Shown here: positions 1 to 11,040 of the stretch, in pieces
Numbering within the stretch: the first letter of the stretch is position 1
How the letters are laid out: the number at the start of each line of letters is the position of its first letter
Source: Azolla caroliniana
Taxonomy: Eukaryota > Plantae > Polypodiophyta
Length of the DNA stretch: 38,434 nt
Assembly: GCA_043228905.1 (NCBI GenBank)
Contig: JBHGNT010000295.1
Coordinates: 1-38,434, forward strand
Direction: 5' to 3'
The notes under the pieces: model-generated
Seen by the model: the letters and a program-made list of their open reading frames with translations, nothing else
Database searches by the model: none
What the model was told of the DNA's origin: nothing
Position numbers and translations under genes: made by a program

Positions 1-1177
1 AAGTTTTCTGAACTGCACTGTAGTGCTGTAGAACTTTAGAATGAGTGAGGTTACTGTAATAATCCAAATTTTCGTCAGTGCATGTCAATGTACTGTCACA
101 TGGTTGGAGATTGTTTATTGGTTCAATGCAACCCTTCCTGAATTCTCTATGGAAGCCATAAGAGTTCCTTAAAGAGACAATGAATCCTTCCACACCAGTT
201 TGATTCACCAGTTCTGCCAAGCCACATCCATAAAACGTATCCAGCTATTTAGCCATGTTTCAGATTGAGCTTTTGTTGAAACCAACTAGGAGCTGAAACA
301 GATGCCATCTTCAAGCCTATATACCACCACATATGCCATTTATATAACTTATATGTTTCTTTGTTTTATGTATATATAAAAGTTTCGACCAATGTGATGT
401 AGTTTGTTTTAATATAATGTATTAATAGGAACATGTGGAAACCTGGTCCATAGTACTACAGCAACAGCAAGCCTTGTTGTGCACACAATTGCACAACACA
501 CTGTTAAGAAGACTTGTTTTTTGTATGCTCATATATAACGTCCTTGGACTGTTTTCTGCTTATGGGGCTAAAAAGGAATAGGAAAAGTTGTCTCCCCGTT
601 CTTATAAGTGTAGTTTGATCGATCACATTTATAATAACCTCATTCGTGTGTTTATCTCCTTGCAATCCACCTTTCCTACCCTAACCCCCTTAATGCATAC
701 TTATTTTTAGCTAGTTGTACCACAAGCTTCTCTCCCTTGGCCCCTTAGGTCCACAATCTTTTTTTGTAAGTCACCTTTGATTAACTCAACAAATCTAACA
801 CCTTTAACTTCTCGTCACCCTTGTCATTGAGAGTTATAGGCCATTATATCCTGCTTCCCTCACTCTTAAAAGAAGTTAATATATCTTTCTTTCTCTACTT
901 TCTGTGCATGTGTAATGATGTGCTAAAAGTTCAATCTTTTACACACTCAGTTTTTGAATTTGTTTGAATTATTTTCAATTAATTAATTGATTAGTTCATG
1001 TCTATATACCAGTATGCATAGTATATATGGTTTGAGAAAGTTCTAATTTGATAGCTTCTACAGTGTGGATCCATCTCCTCTAGAGAATGTTAATATATGT
1101 TGGTCATATGATTATTGGGGACTTGCTCATTCAAAGATCCTACCTAATTTTTAGTTTTTACTTTCTTTGTTGTCCAG

Positions 1178-3018
1178 ATAAGAGCTGTAAAACCAACTTG
1201 GGGAGCTGGAGCTTCTTTTACCTTAAAAAAGAAAGTAAATGCAACTGTTCAAGGTATAATGTTTATTAATAATTCATATTATGTGTATTGATTTCGTTAG
1301 AAGAAATCCATGAATATTTTTAGGTTTGTTTGTATGTGATCATGGCATTGCAAGGATTTATGTATGAGGTTAATATATTTGGAATCCTCGATGATTGTTC
1401 ATGGATTACATGTGTTTCCTGCATTTTTTGCACGAGAACAGGTGCATTATTTGTGTGCATATAATGAATGCCTATTCATGCATAATGTAACATCCTCACA
1501 TCTTTTGAATATCTTGATTGTGATGGTCCTGGTTCTCCAGAGTCTAGAAAGGCCGGTCCAGTGAAGCTGCCTACATTTGAGGTCGATGATGAATTTGATT
1601 TAATTGATGAAGATTCACTACTTACAGAGGAGGATCTGAAGAGACCTGAACTGCCAAAAGGTAATCATTTCTTTCAGGGATTTCTGCATATAATTTTGAC
1701 TATTTTTTATTTACAACAGAAATATCAATTGAAAAGAAAATGGTTCTTTAAACCTAAATCTAAGCACTCAAGCAATGAGGGGGATTTTCTAAATTTGGAT
1801 TTTGTACCTCTGAAAGAGACATAAAATGAAGAACTTGATGATATGATCCTAGAATTTCTTGATTATTGTCTCCAAAATGCTACAAATTCCAGATTTTGAG
1901 ACTGCTCTTTTTCATTCCTTTGCTAATTGTGGGAAACTAATCTTAACTTTACAAGTAGTTAAAGATTAGTCTGTTTTAAAAAAGTAACAATGATTATTTC
2001 ATCTATTAGATTGAAAAGTCTCATTCTTTTTTTCTTGATATTTACGGAGTATGGTTTAATCATGTAGAATCTGTTCGAATATTCTTAAAGTGACTAGAAA
2101 TTAGAATTTAAATATCAAGCAATGGTTTTGCAGAAGTTAAAAGCAGCATTTTGGGAATTACATTAAACCAGATCCACAGTTTTGATAATTTCCCCGAACA
2201 GTTATGATGATGGTATTTGTCCGAAAAAGGCATTGATCATAAGACATCATATTTGCAACGCATTTCAGCATTCTTGTTATTGAAAGACCATTTTTTTGCT
2301 TTTTCTAGTAGTGATGACCATCATTTTTGGCCCTTCTATGATTTTACTAAGTATAACCCAAGAACTATAATTTTTCAAGATAATGCTTAATGACTATCTT
2401 TTTCAACTCTGTCGAGAATACAGTCGATGATTGTGAAGTGGGGAAATCCGGAAAGAAAGCATGCAAGAATTGCACATGTGGTCGTGCAGAAATGGAAAGC
2501 TCAGTCACAATATCCTTGACTGAAGAACAGATTGATAATTTCAAATCAGCATGTGGCAATGTAAGATTGTTTTTATTTTTGTGTTAGCTGGAAGAGATTT
2601 TTTATTATATGTTAATCTAATAAGTAACATGGGTTTATAACAAACCTTTAGTTGGGTTGTTTATTAGACTTGGATATATAATCTGGGTTTTATTATATTT
2701 TATCTTTCTTTCAGTGTGGCCTTGGAGATGCTTTTCGATGCAGTACTTGTCCATATAAAGGAATGCCGGCATTTAAACCTGGAGAAAAGGTCTACATATT
2801 TCATATTTTCATGATTTTTAAACTTAATATAAGTTTTTGCTTTAGTTTATTTTGATTCATGAAAAGCTTTGCTTGTATGAACCGTTTTTACCTAATATAA
2901 ATTTTCTTCAAACCCTCTTTTGATTTCTGAAGAGCTTGATTGCGTGGATCCCTGATATTGTTTTTGGGTGTTTTTGTAGGTCACGCTCTCTGGAATGCTT
3001 CTCAAAGCTGATGTTTGA
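1178..3018 (+). CDS. DRE2: Anamorsin / DRE2 (CIAPIN1) Fe-S cluster assembly protein, 3' part (5' exons lie upstream of the window)
   Basis: GT-AG exons 1178-1253, 1541-1660, 2424-2560, 2715-2789 and 2980-3018 join in frame: [99 protein letters not shown]. Both anamorsin Cys motifs are present (CX8CX2CXC and CX2CX7CX2C). Confidence 0.95.
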
Positions 3019-4394
3019 TAATAATAAAAGCATAGATGGTTATGGAACTTCACTAACACTAACTATTCTATAATATGAAGTCTTTATATTCTACTCGACA
3101 CTATTTTTAGTACTTCATTGTATATGATATGATGGGTGAATGAAATTGAATGAAGGATCAGAAAGTTTTTGGTATTTAAGGACAAAAAACTAAATCTCAC
3201 ACGGGATCAAACTTCATAGCAAATAGAATTTTTGCTAAAGTCTCACGAATGTGGAAATAAAAGTTTAAACTTAATAGTATTATTGTGTTTATAGATGCTG
3301 CTTTCCTCCTTGAGCATGAGCTTTGATTGATGGCAAGATGGCAAATTTGAGAGTTTGCTTTATTTTATCAGCATGTGTTGTGCTGTGTAGCTTTCTTTGA
3401 GATTCAAGTTTTGCTCTATTTTTATCATCTGTTGAATTTATTGTAATGATCAATCAAACAATATCAATACGACACACTACCTTCTGGAGAGAGAATTGAG
3501 TGGTTTGTGAAATATTTCAAAGATGTTCTGGATGGATGAAAAGTAATAATCAATGGCAAGTGAAACTTTGTTATGTGGTTTCTTATGTTGCACCTCAGAT
3601 TTATGTTGATTCATTGTAAAGAATACCTTTTTATCGGCAGTGATAGTAAAATCATGGGTATGTTAAATTTGATTCTCTAAACGTCAGACCAAGTGGACTT
3701 CATAACTTCATGGTAGTTCTGTGAAATAGGCAAATTCATACGCCAAAAAGCATTGTTTCAAGGTCCTTGTTTTTAATTGGCTTTAGACAGACAGTTTATG
3801 AAATTTATTATTCTCTAACATTGAAGTGTCAAGAACTAACACACACCCCAATATCTCAAATTTAGGCATTGTATCAGATTGTACAAATAATGTTTGTGGA
3901 TCAGTAAATTGACAACTCTTGTTTTTTTTTATATAGTCTCCTGCAATATTTCTTTATGCCAAATTAAGCTGTAAATAATCAGAACTCAAAAGAGCTCAAA
4001 TGAAGCTCTCCCTTTTCTTGTTCATAGTCTCTGAAAGTGCAAGGCCAACCCTCAAAAAACCATAATCATTAATGCGTAGTCTCTCATGCTCAACGTTTGT
4101 TCTTGAATCTTGATACATGACATTGCCTTATCTAAAAGTTTAAAGGGCAGGAAGATAAGAATGTTCATAACTAGATAAAAAGCCTTAACCTACAAATGAG
4201 GTAATCCAATGTCATTAACTAAACCTCTTTTGTTGATTCCCACCTTGCTATGCCTTAACCTAAGATGACATGCATTTCAAGTGGTAAACCATCTCTACAT
4301 AAGCTTAAGGCTTTTACAATATCTAAACATCTTTAGTTACGTTTTGTATCGAAGTGTTAAGGTTTAGCATGTATCAGACACTTATTATTTGGCT

Positions 4395-4588
4395 TTACTA
4401 TTAAGGGAAGCAACACGATAATGTTTCACTAATAAGTAAATCCAAAATCAACTAATGATAATTTAAGGTCAGACTTTATGTATTTGAATCTTACTATTAA
4501 GGGAAGCAACACGATAATGTTTCACTAATAAGTAAATCCAAAATCAACTAATGATAATTTAAGGTCAGACTTTACGTATTTGAATCTT
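4395..4588. repeat. Near-perfect 96-bp tandem duplication
   Basis: TTACTATTAAGGGAAGCAACACGATAATG...GTATTTGAATC starts at 4395 and again at 4491. Confidence 0.9.
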
Positions 4589-4927
4589 CTTCCTTTGCTA
4601 TAAGGTTAAGAAAAATGCAATATAGAAGAAGAATCCAGATTTTTAAACTTGTTGCCTTACATGTATCTGTGTAATATGGGTAAGGAAAATTATGTATAGG
4701 AAATTCCACACATGTCCGTAAAAGGCTTTTACATAATCTGAAAAACATATTTAGGATTGATATGTATTTTAATCATCTTGCTATGTGATTAAGTTAAAGA
4801 CAAAAGCAGACAAGGAATTAAATAGATATAATAAGTAGAAGGCCTTTACCTTAGTTCAAGGTATGAACCTTTTTCTCTTGGTTTTCTTGTAAATATACAG
4901 TTTATCTTTGGTAGACTTGTTGTGTTA

Positions 4928-4928
<1 letters not shown>

Positions 4929-4973
<45 letters not shown>
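4929..4973. repeat. Compound (TC)n(AC)n microsatellite
   Basis: Read directly from the sequence. Confidence 0.95.
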
Positions 4974-5533
4974 TAACATAGATACTCAATTTATCTAACA
5001 TGTGTAAAATTGCCATCTAGTTCTCAAAATCTTTACATATATGGGTGTTGTCACACTTTCCAATTACCCTTTCCTTGAGTACAAAACTCATGCTTTTCTT
5101 TCATCTTGAGCAACTTTGTGCTAAGCAAAAATGTGCTTTGTGGGCCATGGCTACTAAATATGTGAGGAATTTTGAAAGATATGCTTATTTTTTCCACCCT
5201 TTTATTATATATAACCTTACAAAAAGATATAAGAAGGTTCTATCCGATGCAACGAGCGAAATGCGTGATACATAGAAAGGTCGAGACACAAGAAACGTTC
5301 CTCGTTGTCTCTTCGAACGGACAGCATGGGGAGGTCAATCGGCGACTACACAGGGAGGAGGAGGACAAGGAAGGAATTAAAGAAGAACAAAGGGGGGTTA
5401 GTAAGTGTATTGTCAGAGACCGGTGCGATGGGCAATATGTGAGAGGGGAGAGTCTTATGTTGTGTGTTCTCCACCCTTGGCAAAAGGAGGCCGCGAAAAG
5501 CGAGCTCTCCGGATAAAGATCATAAAGGATTAG

Positions 5534-5682
5534 AAAAACCCCAAGGGCATCTTGTGGGAAAACAAAGAAAAACCCCCGAGGGCATTCTTGTAGAATAGAA
5601 AAATTCTCAGGGGCATCTTGTGCCAAAATAAAGAAAATGCCCAGGGGCATTCCTGAGAAATAACAAAACGAAGGTTTGGGCC
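5534..5682 (+). promoter_or_regulatory. Putative proximal promoter of the dehydrogenase gene: four AGGG(G)CAT motifs and a site II element (TGGGCC, 5677-5682)
   Basis: Motifs at 5544, 5579, 5609 and 5643, about 150-250 bp upstream of the ATG. TGGGCY is the established TCP-bound site II element of plant housekeeping promoters. Confidence 0.5.
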
Positions 5683-5741
5683 GATTTGTGTGAGAGCCGA
5701 TGTTTCCTGAGTTCGTAGAACACACACAGGCAGAGACACAC

Positions 5742-5748
5742 AGAGGGA

Positions 5749-5798
<50 letters not shown>
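5742..5798. repeat. (GA)n microsatellite in the 5' UTR immediately before the start codon
   Basis: The GA run ends directly at ATG 5799. GAGA tracts are known BBR/BPC binding sites. Confidence 0.9.
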
Positions 5799-5801
<3 letters not shown>

Positions 5802-8800
5802 GGTCTTTGTTCTCCAATCAAGGTCATGGGTGTGGTGGGTGCAGGTCAGATGGGGAGTGGAATAGCTCAGATCGCTGCTGTTATGGCTCATGACATTCAT
5901 GTTCTCATGACTGATATCGATCAGGTCTCCCTCTCCAGAGGGCTCCATGCCATCTCCTCATCCCTATCTCGCTCTGTCAAGAAAGGATCTCTCTCCCAGG
6001 TAACCCTAACTCCATTCTTGGTTCACTTCAGTTCTTCAAGTGTATATAGTACATTTTTTGTGTTTTCCTTTGGTTTTAAATAAAAGTAAAATTAGACCTT
6101 GTTTTAATTGCTCCTCGAAAAAGAGCAAAAAAATATATTGTTTTCTTCAGTTGGAAATGGTAATTGTCTTTATATAGCTTCATTTTCTAGTATCTAATAG
6201 TAAAGAAATTGTCTTTTGACATTGATTAGCTTTCGTAAGAAATTGTCTTTTGACATTTATATGAAAGCTAATGTCTTTGTTCAAGTTTATTCTCGACTTT
6301 CAGTATTAAAACCAGGAGATTGGTTTTCTTTGATTGTTCTGAAGATTAAGATTGCATTCATTGTATAAGGTTGAATCTATGTGAAATCGGAAAATAGAAG
6401 TCGTGATAAGGTCTTCATTTAAGCATTAAAAGTAAAATAACGTTAATAAATTAAAAGACATTTTTTTTATTGATTTTACAAGCATTTCAAAAGATAAAAT
6501 ATAACATGTTTTGTCATAGTCTCACGTACCATAAAAGTAGGACATAATAGAGACAATTTCTCTTTGTCTATTCTCTTAAAATCCTTAATACTCATGGTTA
6601 GGAATTATTTGTGAAGCATACATGAATGATAAGCCTTAAAGGGTCATATTTATTGCCAGGAATAATGAATGCTTTTGCATAGTGCAGGAACAGATGGATG
6701 AATCACTTGCACGCATAAAGGCTACAACCTCTATGGAAGAATTAAATGCTGCAGATTTTGTTATTGAAGCTGTTTCGGAGAATGAAGAGCTGAAAAGGAA
6801 AATATTTACACAGTTAGATAAGATTGTGAAGCCTTCGGCGATTTTAGCATCGAATACGAGCTCCATTTCAATCACTCGGCTATCATCTGCGACGTCACGA
6901 CCCAATCAGGCATGTAATGCTTGAAACCAAAGTCATTGCGTGTAAAGAAATTTCACTATGTTTTCTTCTTCTAACTATTTCTATATATCATTATTCAGGT
7001 TATTGGCATGCACTTCATGAATCCCCCCCCAGTAATGAAGCTTGTAGAAGTTGTGAGAGGTTTGGCTACAAATGACTCTGTCGTAGAAACTACCAAAGAT
7101 CTAGCTGAAAGGTCTGTTTCATAATTTCATAACATAGTTTAATATGTATGGTGTGTGTTAAAAAAGCTGACATAGTTTCACCATCTAGAATAATTCTGAA
7201 TAAAATTACACATGCAAATGCACACAAGGGGCTTGAACAACTCACTTCCAAAAGTGAGTCGTGAAACCAACAAATTAGGCATCAATCTGAGGTTGGGAAA
7301 CCCCCAGCTCATGTCATCATAGAAGGTTGAAGACTGTCATGTCATTATTTCTACAATTTTCTAGAAATTTCCACAAAGCTTATGTCCTTGAGATCTTCTA
7401 TCTCTCTGGCAATGAGTTTCATGAGCGGTTGCTCTCTATGCTTCACTTTCCAGGCACAAAGATAATGAAATTCTCAAATATTGTCATGATTTAGAGATTT
7501 GGAGTACTTTCTGTGTATGTTATTAATATGGATAGTGTAGATTCAGGGCTCATACCATTAACATGAGGTTGAATTCTTGACCTGAAACTCTTCATCAATC
7601 TCGAGTAGCACTGGCAACTCCTGCCGAAAAGAAGTATGGCAAGATTCTGAAAGTGTCCAATAATACATGATAATTATTCATGAATGGTGGTAGTTAAAGG
7701 TTGTAGGTTAGGATTCAACCAACCAATAATCCTTAGAGAAACCAGTTTCCAATGCTTGCACAATGTAGATATCTATTTACTTTGTTTAAGGGGATCATAA
7801 ACTTTAAGATCTTCACTCTACTTGAGCTCCTCTGACTTTTGTGACTAATCCTCCAATATTTGGCAAACTTGATGGCATAATAATATGCCTTGAGTTTTGT
7901 TACACGCAGAACCTTAATATATTATTGAAGGTCAAATTATGGCCTATTGCACGTAATGTCCATGAACTTCTCTCATTTCTAGGATTTGTTGGTTATTCTA
8001 AATTGACTTAAAACCATACTAAGCTTTTAAAAGGTCAGACACCTAAGATTGTTAAACCAATAATTTGGAATGATTAACTTGATAATAATTTAAACATTCT
8101 TAAGGAACTTGTTTGCCTTGCTCCTACACTCATTCTTCCTGACCTATCAAAACCCTTTGAGGTTGAAACCGAAGCTAGCAATTATACGATGGGTGTTGCT
8201 TTTTATCTAGATGGCAACCCTTTGCATTTGAATGTAAAAACTTAAAACCTACTGAATGTTGATTTTCGGTTAAAGAAAAGGACTTGTTTGTGATCAGATA
8301 TTACTTATTTGGAAATTGGTTTATGGTTACAACTGATCACCCATCCTTGAAATATTGTTGTGATCAACAAGATCTATTTGGTCACAAAGTGCAAGTATAA
8401 AATGAGTACCTAACCTCAATACGTGGGAGACAAACATCTCCATCAGAAAGTTGTGAGACATCAGTGGTATGTCAAGGTTGTCGCTACAATAACATACTAT
8501 CTTAGGAAATATTCAGTGGTACAGGATGTTGATGGTGTTTAAGATTCGTCTCAATTTCTTCGCTCAAACTTAATTTAGGATCTTAAACACCATAGGCATC
8601 CCCTACCACCAAATAGTGCCTAATGTCATACTTGGACGCAATCAACACACTGCTATTGCAGCAATAGCCTTATTGCACCACCAGTGTCTCTCTTTTATTG
8701 AGGTTAGCTACTCATTTTATACTTGCACGCAGGTCCTCAGGTCACCGCATGTTGCCACGTATCATGACCTTATGTGAGTTGTCACAACTCCTCATATTTG

Positions 8801-9881
8801 GGCACAATCAACACTGTGCTATTGCAACAAGAGCCTTATTGCACCACCAATGTCTCTCTTTTATTGAGGTTAGCTACTCATTTTATATTTGCACGCAGGT
8901 CCTCAGGTCACTGCATGTTGCCACATATCATGACCTTATGTGAGTTGTTGCAACTCCTCGTATACCCTTAAAACCATTAGAAGTTTACCCTTAAATACTA
9001 TGTTAAGGTTTTGCACTTAATATTACTCCTCATATAAAAAATGGTAGTCTTGCAATGAAAATATAGAAAAGTTGCCTCTTTCTCCCAAATGGCATCATCA
9101 ATAGTTCAATTCATCCATTTTAAATCTCAGTGTGATCTGGAACATAGATTTTAAATTTTTGAATTTTTGGTTCCGGCACATACTGGTTTATATTTGGCAT
9201 CAGCTCTATCACTGATACTGATATTTTCAACAGACCCTGATATCAATCCACTGAACAGAACTTCATTAATACTGATACTCTTGTGCACCATATTTTAACA
9301 TTATATATATTAATTTTGGCTATGTCCAAGTTGGCAACTGCATGAATAATCCATTGGAGGATTTAATGAAAATACTTACCAAATTAGGTTTAGTTGATCT
9401 GGGTTTTTCCAAGCAGCCAAATTCCCCATCTACTTCTTTCCCTATGCATGTTCTTCAATATCCTGTAAACATATAGGAGGATAGGAAAACAAACAATAAA
9501 CTAAGAGCTCCAAGGTGCCAAATACAATTATTGACGTATGTTGGCAGGTTTGGGAAGACTGTGAGCTTTTCAAAAGATTATCCTGGCTTCATTGTCAATC
9601 GCATTCTCATGCCTATGATCAATGAGGCATTTTATGCACTAATGGAAGGAGTGGGCACAGCCGATGACATTGATAGTGGTATGAGGCTAGGAACTAACCA
9701 ACCAATGGGACCCCTTACGCTCGCAGACTTCATTGGCCTTGATACTTGTCTTTCAATTATGCGTGTTCTACATCAAGGCCTGGGTGATAGTAAGTATCGA
9801 CCCTGTCCATTGCTTGTTCACTATGTGGATGCCGGCTGGCTTGGCAAGAAATCTGGTCGCGGTGTTTACTCATATGTTTGA
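5799..9881 (+). CDS. 3-hydroxybutyryl-CoA (3-hydroxyacyl-CoA) dehydrogenase, 289 aa, 4 exons
   Basis: Exons 5799-5999, 6688-6909, 6999-7111 and 9548-9881. Motifs: Rossmann [34 protein letters not shown], catalytic [32 protein letters not shown] and [12 protein letters not shown]. Intron 2 is GC-AG. Confidence 0.95.
7935..8380 (+). mobile_element. Degenerate Ty3/gypsy LTR-retrotransposon pol fragment (RT connection / RNase H) in intron 3 of the dehydrogenase gene
   Basis: Interrupted translations [45 protein letters not shown] and [19 protein letters not shown] match the gypsy WPxPxNxxELRSFLG, PFEVETDAS and TDHxSLKY motifs. Stops and frameshifts are present. Confidence 0.85.
8502..8623. repeat. 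Imperfect inverted repeat, 44-bp arms with a ~34-bp spacer
   Basis: Left arm TTAGGAAATATTCAGTGGTACAGGATGTTGATGGTGTTTAAGAT; reverse complement of the right arm TTAGGCACTATTTGGTGGTAGGGGATGCCTATGGTGTTTAAGAT. Confidence 0.8.
8627..8960. repeat. 166-bp tandem duplication (2 copies)
   Basis: Units start at 8627 and 8793 and share GCCTTATTGCACCACC..GAGGTTAGCTACTCATTTTATA..GCAGGTCCTCAGGTCAC..ATCATGACCTTATGTGAGTTG. Confidence 0.9.
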
Positions 9882-11040
9882 TGGTGATAGTTCATTGAGT
9901 TCTAAAGTGAACCTTGTTAATATTTAAGTAAAATAAACCTAACATAGCACGGAATTTTCAGTAACATGTAATAGGTTGATTACAGTAATATGATAACTAA
10001 TGTAGGTCGTGACTAATGTTAGTTCCAATACAATGGGACATTCCATCTTTTCTATTTTTGTGTCCTTTGACATTGGTGGATATCTGTTACTCAAAAATAA
10101 TGCTTGGATGTTAACATGTGTATCAATATGGCTTAAACAGATTTTAGCAGATTGTGCACTTTAATGGAATTTTGTGCCAATTAGAAATTGAACTAGCTAT
10201 GCATATCATAAGGTGTTGCCTGGACTGAAATTAGAAAGTGGGCTGTTAATTGAATCTTCCTATTGGTATATGAAATTAGAGTGCCTTCTCTTTTAGAATT
10301 AAAAGACAATTCTAAAATGCTATGAAATCAAAGAGAGAGGGGGCAGAGTTTTGTAATCTAAGGCCCAAGTTTCCACAAAAGTGCTCCATACAGTTGATGA
10401 CAATAATCTTTTATCATTTTGGATGTCAAGGATCCAAGGACCAATTGCATCATGGATGATAATATTAAACATTTGTAGTTTATATGAATCACAAGGTTAT
10501 CAATGACAGACAGACAGCATTTGATGGTGTGGGAATCAAGCATATGATAAGGAACAAATGCATAGAGCATGGTGAGACTAGTTCAGGTATGGCTATGTTT
10601 TTATATTTTTGCAATGTACTCCAAACCTCTGCAAATCGAGCAAGCAAACCATGCATTCTATCATTATTCTCTAGTATGGTTTCTAAGAACTACTGAATCA
10701 ACGACAAGCAGTAAGCAGTTTCAATATGTTCTGGATCAAATTACTTCCATCTTAGCTGTATCTTCTCCTCGAATACATTGTCCTATCAGAATACATATCA
10801 ATAAGTGTCCTTGTTGAGATACAAAACCCCACACCCTGTGAAAAAGTATAATGTTGACACAAAACCTTACTCATCATAAAATTAGTAAAAGATTAGTGTT
10901 ACTTTGCTGAGTTAAAAACAATATCTTGGTTGAGTAGATTTTAGCACTGCTCTGGGAAAAATATACAATGCACTCTTGCAAGTGTTTGCCACCATCCATC
11001 ATAGTCAATTCATAATGACCCTGATAGTATAGTTCAGTTT

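Noticed and set aside
5172-5948. Several 95-195 aa ORFs overlapping the dehydrogenase promoter (poly-LS, poly-ER)
   Set aside because: They are artefacts of the (GA)n microsatellite and local GC richness and show no recognisable domain.
8698-8971. Two ORFs with repeated peptide [15 protein letters not shown]
   Set aside because: They are by-products of the 166-bp intronic duplication.
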